Shown here piece by piece: positions 50,561 through 62,392 of a DNA stretch of 64,000 nt. Within the stretch, counting starts at the first letter, position 1; every line of letters begins with the position of its first letter. Position numbers and translations under genes: made by a program. Source of the stretch: Eukaryota sp. GEM-RC1 (lineage: Eukaryota); contig JAUFOQ010000005.1 of NCBI GenBank assembly GCA_040285855.1, positions 930,001 to 994,000 of the forward strand. The letters run 5' to 3'. Below the pieces are notes generated by a model. It saw only the letters and a program-made list of their open reading frames with translations, made no database searches and had not been told where the DNA came from.

Positions 50561-50783
50561 ATGTCCCACAATTTATTAATTGCAACTAATTACAACAATA
50601 TATATAATAACTTATTTTTCTTTTAAGTACTAGTTGTTTGTATTTTAATGTATAACAAAGAACTAAAAAATTCTCGTTATATATAATTTATTAATTTTAA
50701 GACCGCTCTTAAAAAGATATGGTGATGTTTGTAAGGGTGTCTCCCCAAATATCGGTAAAGTGAATTAACTAGTAATGAGGGAG

Positions 50784-51123
50784 AAGTGAACGCTAACACG
50801 TTCAAAAATCGATTCTAACACGCGTAGTACGTATAAGGACGTGTTACGTGTTAGGACGTGTTACGTGTTAACACGCGTGTTACGTGTTTGCGTTACAAGA
50901 ATTTTTCCTGGTTCCTGGTTCAACGAGAAATAGCTCATTTCTTCTACACATTGTGCCCTACGATACCCTACATCATTTTAGAAGATTTCTCAAACGGCGT
51001 CTTTCATTCTTTTGGCAGCAAAATGCATTTTCACATCATTGAGACCGAAAATAGAAACCGTAATTGGCGTGCTAGAAATCAGCCAAAATTCCTAACACGC
51101 GTGTTACGTGTTAGCGTTCACTG
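50784..51123. mobile_element. MITE-like TIR element
   Basis: 16-bp TIR AGTGAACGCTAACACG; tandem ACGTGTT subterminal repeats; TSD not clear. Confidence 0.7.
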
Positions 51124-52034
51124 ATGAAATGAGTTACAGAGAAAAATTGTGGTCTACTTCACATTGTGGTGTGTAAGGAGGCAAAAAATAATTTTTGGTC
51201 CACCAATCATAATCAATTTTCCGTTTATATGAATCATTAAATTTTTAACTGCACAAATCTCTATTTTCAATAATGTGGCAAATAGGATATGTAAAACTTC
51301 AAAAAACCGGAAATTTGATGCCTATTTAATGTTGTTTTACAGTTTTTCCAAAATCATTTAAATAAATCAATATAATGTTTCCTAAACGGCCACAGGGAAA
51401 GGACATGAGTCATATTCAAGAGTGTTTTACATGATTAACAGCCATCAATCTTATTTTGTACTCATACTTTTTTTGGCTTGATCTGAAATGTCTAAAGAGT
51501 AAGTTTCAGAATAAGCATTCTTAAGGACATCTTTTTGTAAACGTTGACAGACACAAAGTCGACAACTTACAATATGTCTGAAGAAGAAGGGACGACTCCA
51601 ATAGGTTAATTGGCTTTAATTAATCATAATAACTGTGATAATTCACTGGTACATCTTATTGGCGAACAATTAATTTCCAATTCAATTATGCGCGCCCCTG
51701 GTTATACTCTCGTGACACAGTTTTAGACTCTTAATTATGGCAGATTCTTGTAATCACACGACCAGATACAACAGTGACGGTTAAAAAACAACAGTCATTC
51801 ACATACTGTTGCAAAAGTCCTCAAAGATAACCTTTGAGTTCAAAAACAATTTGGTCATTCCTATCAGTTGATGCCTTGTCATCTCATTTGAGATGATTAT
51901 TTCTGAAAAGTTGATCTAGTGCAAGTCCTGCGTTCACGAAATGAGACCGTTAGACCATGAGAACGTGTGGATGATTGAAACTGTAATATTTATTATAATT
52001 TCCAGTTATTCATATGTTTTGTTGATATCAAGGC

Positions 52035-52722
52035 TCAATTGTCACCTATAAAGGTACACTTTTCAATACGTTGACAGATGTCTGAAATAGAAAGTTTTTG
52101 TTCCACCCACTCGGTGACAATTGGTATTTTAGAGATTTCTACACAATACTTTCTTAAATTGGCAGGAACAGCGTTGCATCCAAGCTTCCAGTAGTCCTTT
52201 ACTTTTCATGATCGGAAAAATCAATATCTAATTGTTCCATCCAGCCAATGATCCAAAGGCAAATTTCACAGATAGAATCGTCTTTAGATTCGTTTGTAGG
52301 AGTTCCAAGTTCCACCTGGTTATCATTTTTGATCTGCCAGAGCTTCACGGCTTGACAAGAAACATCTGGAGGGGAGTCTGTCATGGAGAGTGACACAGAT
52401 TTCATCTGCAGTGAATCTTTCAACGAAGCGATTTATAATATGTGATCCATAGACGTCAATAGTGGCTTCACACAATGATTTTATTCCAGAGGGAGCGTAA
52501 ACACATGATCCTTCCACTAGATGAATAATCATCTCCTTTGTTGTTTCATCGATGAGGCGGCTCTCAACCTGAGAACCGATCCAAAGACAAACTGAACGTG
52601 CAACAGCGTTGTTATTTAAACCTGCTGAACTGCAATGAAAAAACGTTCAAGACGTACGTAGACGAGCAGACACAGGCCAGGGCCAGTGCTAACAAGGAAA
52701 GAAAAGATAACAATCGTAACAT
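52035..52722 (-). CDS. Secreted saposin-like protein with two SapB domains
   Basis: Signal peptide MLRLLSFLSLLALALA; intron 52630-52657; SVCLW...SCVYAPSGIKSLC...DEICVTL and CEICLW...GCNAVPANLRKYC...DICQRIEKC; two indels in A-runs. Confidence 0.78.
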
Positions 52723-52869
52723 GAATAGGGTTGTTAAAATGAGCTGAATCAAGCCAACATCATCACGCTTGAATTCGAGTCAAATGACTCTGTCTTGAGT
52801 TAACTTACTCTTAATGATCTTTTCCATAGTACTTCATAGCATATCACAAATGCAAATCATAGCTTCATC

Positions 52870-53826
52870 TTACTAATAGTATCAAATTCTTTGGTCTGCC
52901 TTAGTTCCAGTCTCGATTTCAGAAACTCAACAAAGATCCGTTATGTGTGCTTCAAACTTAAGAATTTTTTGTCTTTTTTATCATAAAGCTTGGATTATGA
53001 GAATCGTATTAGCTTGGCTAAGATTGAAAATGCCGCTTTTTGTGCCTTCTTTATGTACATTTCGTCAGTTTTTTCAGCTTCACACGGTTACCCCAAAAAT
53101 TCTGTTTTTATCTCAAAGATCATGAGTTGCTTATCAATATTTGTTTTAGGTTAGGTTTGTGGCCCTCTGACCTCCTGAAGCGCACACCATGTCTCTGTGG
53201 TTGGTTTTCTTCTTCCAATTTTCATCACTTTTTTTTTGTAGTTAACTGCCATCAGTTAATCCAGTTTAGATCCATTGTCCATAATAGCCTTCGTGATACC
53301 TGTCTAGAAATGTTTCAAACTAATGGTATTCATGGCTACTGGCTGGACTCTCAGATCAGCCTAGATTTGATAAGAGACGTAATGTAATTGCTCCTTGGCT
53401 TTCGTGTCAAGAGATTATTATGGATTTCACTACTGTTGATCCCTGTAATTCCAGCTCAGTCTCTAAAATTCTAGATGAAAATAAATCATCTCTCAAGACT
53501 GTAGAAAATGCTAAAGACACAAAATATGGTCAATTATTAGGCTGAATGATGATAGATATACATGTTTTTGGTTTTCAATCTTCTTTGGTTTTCATGTTGC
53601 TATGTCACTTTATGGTAATATTGGTCCTTCAGCGCAACAGTTTTTAGTCTCTTTTGGAAAACTGTGTTCACAGTATGAAAAGGTGTTCAATGCGGGATTT
53701 TGGCTATCAAGATTGAATTTTGGTTTGTTTCGGTCGAAGTCTAGATATTTCAATTCAATGTTAGCTAAATTGTTTGATTCTAGTCACGTAGAGTTTAGTT
53801 CAGATACTTTAACTAGTGTCTTCTAG
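52870..53826 (+). mobile_element. Decayed RLE non-LTR retrotransposon 3' fragment
   Basis: FRLGLWP, CLC...VNC, HNSLRD, MDFTTVDP, SLYGNIG, FWLSRL; many disruptions. Confidence 0.75.
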
Positions 53827-54193
53827 TTTTGGTTAGTGTAGATTGTACGTGGTAAGTTGGTGTCTTTGAAATAAAATTTTCCTTTATTGTATCAAACTGT
53901 TGTACAGTTACAATACAAGATAGAGCATTCTTTCTAGTAAGGTACTTGTTTGCCAAAAGATCAACAACAAGCAATGTCAGTGAGTAACTCGAATTAAAGA
54001 CCATTCTCGATCTTTTTTTGTAGTGATAACTTTGCAGTGGAACAAGAAATCATTCTTTAACAATCTTCATTGACCACTTTTCAAAAGAGTAAGTGAATCT
54101 AGTAAAAACATGTTTATGTGTCTCAATAAAACACTAACTAACAATAACTTTTATATCCTATATCCAAAAATCTCCACTGTATTTACAATAATA

Positions 54194-55336
54194 TTACAAG
54201 GAATCTAAATCAAACAACTTCCAAGGGTCATCATCATTAGTAGTCGAGGGAGTAGTGGAAGATTTAGGTTGTGCAACACTTGGTTTCGATTTAGAAGTAT
54301 TCTGATCATCAAACAACGAGTCAAAGAAATCAGATTTTTTGTCAGGTTTTGTTACAGACTCATTATTAAACAAATCATCGCCAAATCCCAGGGAATCATT
54401 TTTGATTGGTGATTTCGATTGACTCTCAGCCACCTTCCTAGTTCGTCCTTGCTGAGTTGGTTCAGCCACACTGAAGAAATCATCATTGAATAGATTTTCA
54501 GATGGCTTGTTACTACTATTAGAGGTTTCAAAAAGTCTACTTCTTTCTTAGGTTGATTGTTACCCCCACCAAAGAAATCATCTCCAAACAAATCGTCCTT
54601 TTGAGCACGTGAGGCCACCTTTTGGGGTACATCAACAGACAAATCCAGCAAATCAACTTCTACTTGTTCTACTTTATCACGTGACTTTGTCATCACGTCA
54701 TCATGTTCCTTCTCAACTGGGGAAGAAGATATCACACTAGAAGGAGCCTCAGTTATAGACGAGGATCTCTCAAGTCGTTGTTCACTAGTACGTGCTCTGG
54801 CGTGTCGTTCAGATGACAGACCACTTAGAGTTCCACCATCTCTTCCTTGAATACGAGATCTCAGACGCTGGGCATCTGCTTGCTCAGCAACTAGGAGCTC
54901 TTCATCGGTAAGGAGCTTAACTATATGATTGGCACGGTTACGAATCGCTTTGCCAATGTCTTTTCCTTCTTCGTTAATGTGGTGGAAATCTTTGAGAGTA
55001 CGAATTCGGTAGATTTGAGTTCTACTTTGTTCAACGACAGAGTCGCTTCCGTGAAGTATCAGATATTCGAGAAGAATGAGAGACTTTTGTATTTGCATGA
55101 AGTGTTTGGCTGGAGAACCCAGACGGTCAAAGATAACACGGAAAGTATGAGCAAGGTCATAACTGACATGAGAACAGGAAGAAGGACACAAACCTGCTGA
55201 AAGTCGCATCAACAATTTTGTCAAGAAGAGTGGTGGATGCAGGCCAAGGATCAAGAGAAGTAGCTTCTTTTACTCGAAGTTCAGTAGTTGTTACACCAAG
55301 ATACTTAACTTGGAGACTGTTCCACACAGAATTCAT
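54194..55336 (-). CDS. Epsin/epsinR-like ENTH-domain protein
   Basis: VKEATSLDPW, intron 55163-55193, KSLILLEYLILHGS, GKDIGKAIRNRA; acidic tail with LLDL, DLF and DPW motifs; one missing T near 54533. Confidence 0.9.
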
Positions 55337-55393
55337 TTTCAGAGAAAGAAGAGGAGAGCGGATTTCAGATTTCCGTCAAAAAGACTTCACTAG

Positions 55394-56065
55394 ATGAGCG
55401 AACTACGTACACAAACTGAAGAGTATATCCGTGAGGATGGTACCAAAGTCAGAGTTTGCAAGACAATTAGAGCTGCAACTCAAAAAATACTGACCAATCC
55501 CGATATTGAAGCCAGACGTAGTTGGACTTCATTTGGAGTATCCGGAACTCATCCCGGTACATCTACTTTAGACGAAGAACAAAATATCGATCTCAGACCT
55601 GCTCATATTAAACCCAAACCTTCGAAACAGCATATCGATCTCGATATGAAGCCTGCAAATCTTCTTAAGTGCCGTTATTGTCAATCTACTGAGCACATGT
55701 CTTATCAATGTACCGACAAACCTTCTGACGAAGAAATTGCACGAGTCGATCTTCAAGAAAACACAGACAAATATGTGCCACGTATCAAGGCGCAAGCAGC
55801 AGCTGGTGACCTCGAAGAACATACCGTCAGAGTCACTAACATTCCCCCAGATATCGAAGATCGCGAACTCCGAGATCTTTTCGAAGGATGTGGTCTTCTT
55901 CATCGATGTCATTTAGTCAAGGATCGCATTACTAGGGAATCTCGTGGTTTTGCCTTCATTACGTATTTATACCGAGATGATGCCCAAAAGGCCATTAATA
56001 CTTTGAATGATCACGTGTTAGGTCATAATCTGATAAATGTTGGATGGTCGAAACCTAGAGCATAG
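55394..56065 (+). CDS. EIF3G: Eukaryotic translation initiation factor 3 subunit G
   Basis: RRSWTSFG, zinc finger CRYC...HMSYQC, KYVP, RRM TVRVTNI...SRGFAFITY...VGWSKP. Confidence 0.93.
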   Translation: MSELRTQTEEYIREDGTKVRVCKTIRAATQKILTNPDIEARRSWTSFGVSGTHPGTSTLDEEQNIDLRPAHIKPKPSKQHIDLDMKPANLLKCRYCQSTEHMSYQCTDKPSDEEIARVDLQENTDKYVPRIKAQAAAGDLEEHTVRVTNIPPDIEDRELRDLFEGCGLLHRCHLVKDRITRESRGFAFITYLYRDDAQKAINTLNDHVLGHNLINVGWSKPRA

Positions 56066-56520
56066 TACTTAGTCTTTTCATTAAAATGTTATTTTTATTT
56101 TAAATTTTCGTCTAGTTCTGTTTTTGACACATAACAGCACTCGTAGCTTCACAATAGATATGTAATATCTGCAGTATGAACAGTAAATCAGTAGTATCGT
56201 GTCTAGTTTGATACATCAATTAGAAATATAGTATAGATACCAATCACAAATCGATACTACATGTAGTACATTCAAAATCCAAATAAAACTCGATGTTGTA
56301 TTCAAGTAGAATTCTAATAAGTTCAAAAAGGAATAATTTTAATAATTTGATATTCATCGGAAAAAAGCGACTCAGTGCCAATAATGAATCGTAAAACAAA
56401 AAAAGACAACGAAATCATAAACCGATATAAATAAAGTAATAGAGACGATGAAGAATATTCACAAACACTGGCAGAAAACAAAATACAATCAAATACAATC
56501 AACTAGAAACATGAAGGCCA

Positions 56521-58716
56521 TCACGATTTCTTCTTCTTCATTTTAACCCCTTCTAATTTGAGATCTTTTACGCAAGGAAGATGAGTAAAATTACAACGGC
56601 GACCCTCTTTATACACAGTTTTCCACTTGTTTTGTTTGTTGTTTAATACAAACTTTGCTGTGGCCTCCATCATTTCCGCTACAAGTCTAGCATTAACAGA
56701 AGTAGATCTAGCTATAGTTGGAGCAGCATTTACTTCAATTAACCAAGCATTGAGCTCTTCATCAATCATGAAGTCAAATCCAAACATTTCGAAAATTTTA
56801 AATTTTGATTCAAGAGTTTCCGCTGCTGAGAGAATTGTGACTCTAATAATATCTTTAAATTTTGAGTACATGTTTGATACGCAATCATCTGGAAATCCAG
56901 CAGATATTAAATATTCCAAAAAAGCTTGCTGTTCCCATATCAAATTTTCAAAATCAGCGTCCTCAGCATCTTTCTGAATCGCGAAATTCGTTAAATGTAT
57001 AAATTTGTTGTCGGTATTAGACATGTCATATTCCATTCCACAAAGACGAACATAAAACTCCTCATAAATATAAATTTCCAAGCCATTCAACCTAGATACT
57101 AAAACCCACTGCCTAATATCAAACTTCCGACTGTTAATCAATAGCGGTTTCTCCAAATACTTTTGCACAATCAGTTGATTATCAGAACCCTTAATTAAAC
57201 TAAGAACTTCGCCAGGATCGCGCGCCACAACAATACCTCTACCTCTAGACAGACCTCCAGGTTTTAGTATGAACACACTCCGTTCAAGCAAGGAGAACTG
57301 GGGGAGGAGAAGTGAGAGGGAGCGTAGGAGAGTGGCGATGTCGTTGTGGGTGGGAGTGAAACAGGATTTAGGACGGGGAGAGAAGTGGAGGAAGGAAGGG
57401 ATTGGATCACGTATTTTACAATATTTGAATAATTTGGGAATGAAATTTAAAATTTTAGAATCTTCAAACACGTCACACCACTGCTCAGCACTTAGTCCAG
57501 ATAATGGATTAATGAATTGATTTTCAGTCAATTCCTCATTGGTTAACAGAATATTCGCAATAATGTAGGAATATTTAATATTTACAGAATTCAAATCAAC
57601 ATCATTGTCATTCAAAACTTGAAGCAAAACAGAAAGTGCTCTGAAAACAAAGTAGTCCTCAATAAAAGTGTAAACGTCATCATTTTGAAACAAATTATAT
57701 GACTTTGGAAAGAAAAAATCACAATGAAAATCATACCAAGATGAATTTCGTAAAGTGTTCATTAATTTAAATTTGATTGTGAGAGCTGATGAATTAGGAA
57801 AGTGATTCACAATTTGATTCGACCTCAGAGTATCAAAATTGATGTCGTTTACACTTGCAGAACACATCATATCAAACTGGTGACAATTAACACCGTGTTT
57901 GACCGTCCACCCACTATCAGCGAAATATTCACAAAATTCTAAATAATGTTGGCCATGTGTTACAAGAAGAATTTTTCGTGGTTCGAACTTCCCAATTGGT
58001 CTTAGTAATGTTGATTTCTTTTTGGTCACATCATCAAGGTTTTTGGTCACGTCATGTGATTGTTCTGATGTGGTATCAATGTCTGTTAGTTTCTTTGAAC
58101 GTTTTTTGAGTGATTGATCAAAGTGAGGTGATTGATCTGATTTGGTATCAATTATGTTAATTGAATTCTTTTGACGTTTTTTGAGTGATTGACCAGCGTG
58201 ATCTGATTGTTCCGAATTAGTTTCTATTTTGACGGTTGATTTCTTTTGACGTTTTTTGAGTGATTGATCAAAGACTTTTTGAGATTCCTTCTTAAGAAGT
58301 AAAAGCCGAAGTCTATTCTTCTCATCTGCCAGATAATTCTGGTCGTATTGAGGAGCCGAAGAAGTTGATGGCGTAACGAAATTGTATTTGAAAGACAGTG
58401 TAGGTTGAATGTAAGATGGAGCAGCAGAAATGGTGGATTTTCTGTTTAGAGACTTGCGTGCGAGTAACTCTAGCTTGTTTCTACGTTCAGTTTTTCGCTT
58501 GTTTTCCAAAAGTAATGAGCGTTGATCCAAGGCTTTCTGTTGCTCCTTGGCAGTTTGTAGATGTTTGAGAAAAAGAATGTTGCGCTTGACAAAAGAACGA
58601 GCGTCTGATGGACTCGATGTTTCTAAAGTCGGGGAAGTAGAACTTAGTGAAGAGTGGGAAAGCGGGGACTCACAGGAGGAACAGGACCTGTCAGCTAGAA
58701 CATCAGAGTTCGACAT
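56521..58716 (-). CDS. Tubulin-tyrosine-ligase-like protein, TTLL3/8 (glycylase-like)
   Basis: QIVNHF, FFPKSY, KPGGLSRGRGI, VQKYLEKPLLI, RKFDIRQWVLV, HLTN, FEMFGFDFM, WLIEVN. Confidence 0.85.
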   Translation of the reverse strand: MSNSDVLADRSCSSCESPLSHSSLSSTSPTLETSSPSDARSFVKRNILFLKHLQTAKEQQKALDQRSLLLENKRKTERRNKLELLARKSLNRKSTISAAPSYIQPTLSFKYNFVTPSTSSAPQYDQNYLADEKNRLRLLLLKKESQKVFDQSLKKRQKKSTVKIETNSEQSDHAGQSLKKRQKNSINIIDTKSDQSPHFDQSLKKRSKKLTDIDTTSEQSHDVTKNLDDVTKKKSTLLRPIGKFEPRKILLVTHGQHYLEFCEYFADSGWTVKHGVNCHQFDMMCSASVNDINFDTLRSNQIVNHFPNSSALTIKFKLMNTLRNSSWYDFHCDFFFPKSYNLFQNDDVYTFIEDYFVFRALSVLLQVLNDNDVDLNSVNIKYSYIIANILLTNEELTENQFINPLSGLSAEQWCDVFEDSKILNFIPKLFKYCKIRDPIPSFLHFSPRPKSCFTPTHNDIATLLRSLSLLLPQFSLLERSVFILKPGGLSRGRGIVVARDPGEVLSLIKGSDNQLIVQKYLEKPLLINSRKFDIRQWVLVSRLNGLEIYIYEEFYVRLCGMEYDMSNTDNKFIHLTNFAIQKDAEDADFENLIWEQQAFLEYLISAGFPDDCVSNMYSKFKDIIRVTILSAAETLESKFKIFEMFGFDFMIDEELNAWLIEVNAAPTIARSTSVNARLVAEMMEATAKFVLNNKQNKWKTVYKEGRRCNFTHLPCVKDLKLEGVKMKKKKS

Positions 58717-58929
58717 GAAGAAGCATTTTTTAGATCAGATGATTTCCTTTTTGATGTTTGTCATTCAGACTTATTCAAAGCTCCAGAAATGATCTGTTTG
58801 CCAGAAAGGTTTTTGTCAATTATTTTCCGTAAATTATTGCATATGGAACAGTATTTTACCCTAACTTTACTTTTTGATTTCCACGTATCTACAACAAGAA
58901 TTGTTACCGAACTGTTCGTTTGTTTGGAG

Positions 58930-59861
58930 CATACTTGGAAAATACAGCCACTCCCCTGAATAAAAATACAGAAAATACAAAAATACAGAAAAATACACTT
59001 ACAGTAATACAGAAAAATACACTTAATACAGAAAAATACAAAATATCTCGACCTAAGACAACTTTCGCAAAAGTCATGGTGAGAACTTTTTCTGTTTTAA
59101 AGTAACAATGACTAAAATTATATGGGTTTCACAACCAAACTGAACATAACAAAACATCAAAAATACCCGAACAAATATCAGGAAGCCATTATTTAGTTTG
59201 CCGTCTTTTTTGAGCAGATGTCTTTCCAAAACTCTTTTCAATCATTCTGAGGGTTGAGATTCCCCAAAAACATCAAGAGAATTGGGTTATTTTTCATCGT
59301 CAGACGAGTTTGTGACAACAATATACAATATATTCATCAAGAAGAACTACTGTACTTGCAATTTATCTTCCAATAAAACACAGTTGCATATGCTATCTTC
59401 ATTGTCATCATCAAGAACAGCTTCGTTTTCGAGAAGTACATCAACACGATATCTTTGACCACCCTATATGTGCATACTCATACCTCCATTGGTAGGTAAA
59501 AAATGTTAAACACTAGTGTTACCTGTTTTGTAAAGTTGATGCAAATTGAACTGCAGGTCTAGAGAACTATCCAATGTTGCGGGTGAAGGACATGTCGGCC
59601 TTTTTGATTCTTAATGGTCAAGATAAGACCAATTGGTGTCTAGTATGTTTCAAAATTACGACCAACACGTAGAAATAGAGAAAATTGAACACTACATCTT
59701 CATCCAAAAATTGTTTTGGAACCCTTTTATCCATACAACTACAGAGAATACAGTATTAATGCAGCATAAAAAATACAAAAAATACAGTGTTTATCGAGCC
59801 TGAGAAAATACAAAAAATACAAAAATACAAAAAAATACAGTATTTGTATTTTCCAAGTATG
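58930..59861. mobile_element. Non-autonomous TIR element (hAT-like)
   Basis: 18-bp TIR CATACTTGGAAAATACA(G/A); AAAATAC subterminal arrays; flanks GTTTGGAG/GTTTATAA match only partly. Confidence 0.8.
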
Positions 59862-59869
59862 GTTTATAA

Positions 59870-60499
59870 CAGGAGTGGAAAAAAATATATTTATATTGTA
59901 TTTATTGCAATACATATTTATTTATTTATTTATTGTTGGTCGAAACAACAAACAATATTAATTGGATCATATTGCAATATATTTAAATATATTGATGTCC
60001 TATTTTGTCTGTTTTTACAGTAATACATTGTGCTATTTTTGCAGAAATACAGTGTAAAGTGATCGATTGAAGGTTGCTGAGCACGATACAATACTATCTG
60101 AGTCTTCTTTATGTCTGAACATAAGGAAATTGTTACCCACTACTTTTCAAATCTGTACTTGACACGATTTGTCCTGCTTAATACAACGGAAACCCAAACT
60201 GTTCTGTTGTTGTGCCATTGAAGTGACTCCAAAAAAGTATCTTCAATCAGAGTCTTATTCACTACACAATCTATTGAGCTCTTTTAGGACGATGACGAGT
60301 CTGAACATCTGGTATATCAGAAAAAATGTTAGAGCTGTTCTTGTATCATTATTGACACATACAGAAACTAAATAAAATTAACCAATATTTATTGACAATA
60401 AATAAATATATTGTTATTGTTGTCGAAAACAAAAACAATATATTTATTTCTATCGAAAACAATAAACAATATATTTAAATAAATATTTCCACACCCCTG
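59870..60499. mobile_element. hAT-type MITE, 630 bp
   Basis: TIR CAGGAGTGGAAA / CAGGGGTGTGGAAA; perfect 8-bp TSD GTTTATAA (59862-59869, 60500-60507); AACAATATATT repeats. Confidence 0.85.
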
Positions 60500-61035
60500 G
60501 TTTATAAATCGTTAATTTATGTCTATACCACTCTAAAACTGATTTACTATTTAAGTTGAGTTCATCCATTCTTAAATATGTATAACATTAAACTAAAGAA
60601 AAACGGAAAATCAATTTATGGTGCTTTTTGTGGTAAATTAAATCAGTGTCTTTATTTAAATGTTTGTCTATATATTCTGGAATAAACCCAATCGAGCGTA
60701 AATGTACGTTAAAATAAATGTTACGAAAAACGTACTATTGTTTACGTTTCCCAATCGTTTTTTTAAAAAATGGACAAATTGTGATTACGATTTACACTGT
60801 CCAACTGAAATACTTTCCTGAACCACTTCCACAACAATGTTGGTCGTTTCTCGTAAAACTATTTAATGAACATTGGTTCTCTATTTCCCAACCTTAACTT
60901 AAAGTATCGGTGTTTTGAATGTGCGACACACCGATAGAATTTAAATTAGAACATATATATCAAAGTTAATTACGTGGAAATCGAAGTAAAAAATGACCAG
61001 ATTTTAATTAAAAGTTATTTAACAAAGTGTCAACG

Positions 61036-62017
61036 TCACCGTTGAACAGTATTATAAGATCCACATTCTGAACATTTCATATAGAAGTGCCAATCGGTTT
61101 CAGATCTCTTCTCACACTGATGACAATATATCTCAACCCTCCTTTTACTGAGAGCATTCAACAACTCTTCTGGTAGCTTCATAGTTGACACGTGGCGCTC
61201 AATATCCGCTTCCAGTTCCTCTCCACTGAACATCCACTTGAAACACAGGGGACATCGGTAGTTCATGACGTCAGATGAGTGATCAAGTAATTTTTTAAGG
61301 CAGGTTTGGTGAATCAAATGACCACAATCACATTTCCGATTGGGAATCACAGAGGAGAATATATCTTCATGACAAACAGCACACGTAGCAGACGTTCCTT
61401 TCACTTTAAAACACTCGTGACCATCAACCTCCTTTCCATTGATACAAATTCCACAGGAAAAACAATGAAACGTGGTCTCTCTACTTCCCACCCTACACAG
61501 GCCACAGTCATCACAGTGGAACAATTCATTCCCCCTACTATCAAAAAAACTTACAAACGCTACAGTAGTACTTTGCAAAGCCATTCTCATGAGCAGGGCA
61601 GTCAGGGGAAATACACTGGTTGGATACCGGTTGTTCTGTCTTGCATAACATGCATTTGATCTCTGACGTGGCAAAACGATCAATTTTGTGCTCCAAAACT
61701 TCTTCATCATGACACAGACGACATGGGAAGTATGTCTGACAACAAGAAGCCTTGATTTGACAATCTCTTGCATAATGTTTACAGCCTAAAACGTTATTCT
61801 CTTCATTGTGAAATGATACATCATTTTTAGATTGAGATGTTGGAGATATCTCAGAATAGGAAGAAAGAGACCGTGACATTAGCGCTTGTATACGCTTAGA
61901 TTTTTCTTTGGTGTCAATGTCAAGAGCATGTATTTCGAGAATCTTTTGTCTTAGTGCCGTTTGTTGATTAGGGTCATTCATGAGATACTTAACGAATGAA
62001 CGGAGAAAAGGAAACAT
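61036..62017 (-). CDS. RCHY1: RING finger and CHY zinc finger protein (Pirh2-like)
   Basis: GCKHYARDC, CCQTYFPCRLCHD, YYCSVCKF, HCDDCGLCRVG, CAVCHE...CGHLIH...CPLC, KCSECGSYNT; one extra T near 61545. Confidence 0.92.
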
Positions 62018-62098
62018 CTAGTTGTAATTTCCTCAAACCTCTCCCTCACAGTGATCTAACCGGGTCACTATTATTAGACATTTTTAAGCTGTTAGCTG

Positions 62099-62392
62099 AT
62101 GTCCAAACGACTTTCTGCACCTGACAATCAACCACGACACAAGCAGTCTAAGGTTGTGGAAGAAGACCTACATACATCATATTCTTTACTGGCTGATCTT
62201 CTTACAGCGCCACCCTCTGGTGAACAAATTGTTCTTGATGGTTTTCCCACAGAGTTCTCCTCCACTAAAAGTAAACACGTTTTTGGCAATGTCGCTTATG
62301 CTGTTGACATTAAAACTAAGCGAAAGTACCGTCAATTTGTCCATAAAAAACGGAACTTTCAAAAGGTGGAAGGTGAAGTTATTAAGAGGTGA
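62099..62392 (+). CDS. SNRNP27: U4/U6.U5 tri-snRNP 27 kDa protein-like
   Basis: GFPTEFSSTKSKHV and KRKYRQF motifs. Confidence 0.7.
   Translation: MSKRLSAPDNQPRHKQSKVVEEDLHTSYSLLADLLTAPPSGEQIVLDGFPTEFSSTKSKHVFGNVAYAVDIKTKRKYRQFVHKKRNFQKVEGEVIKR

Noticed and set aside
50800..50895. Short tandem ACGTGTT repeats that could be taken for CRISPR or telomeric repeats
   Set aside because: No spacer structure; they lie inside a TIR-bounded element.
52315..52335. AAA-TGA at a +1 shift in the saposin gene, resembling Euplotes-type programmed frameshifting
   Set aside because: Single instance in an A5 run; the other shifts lack the AAA-stop signature and go in both directions.
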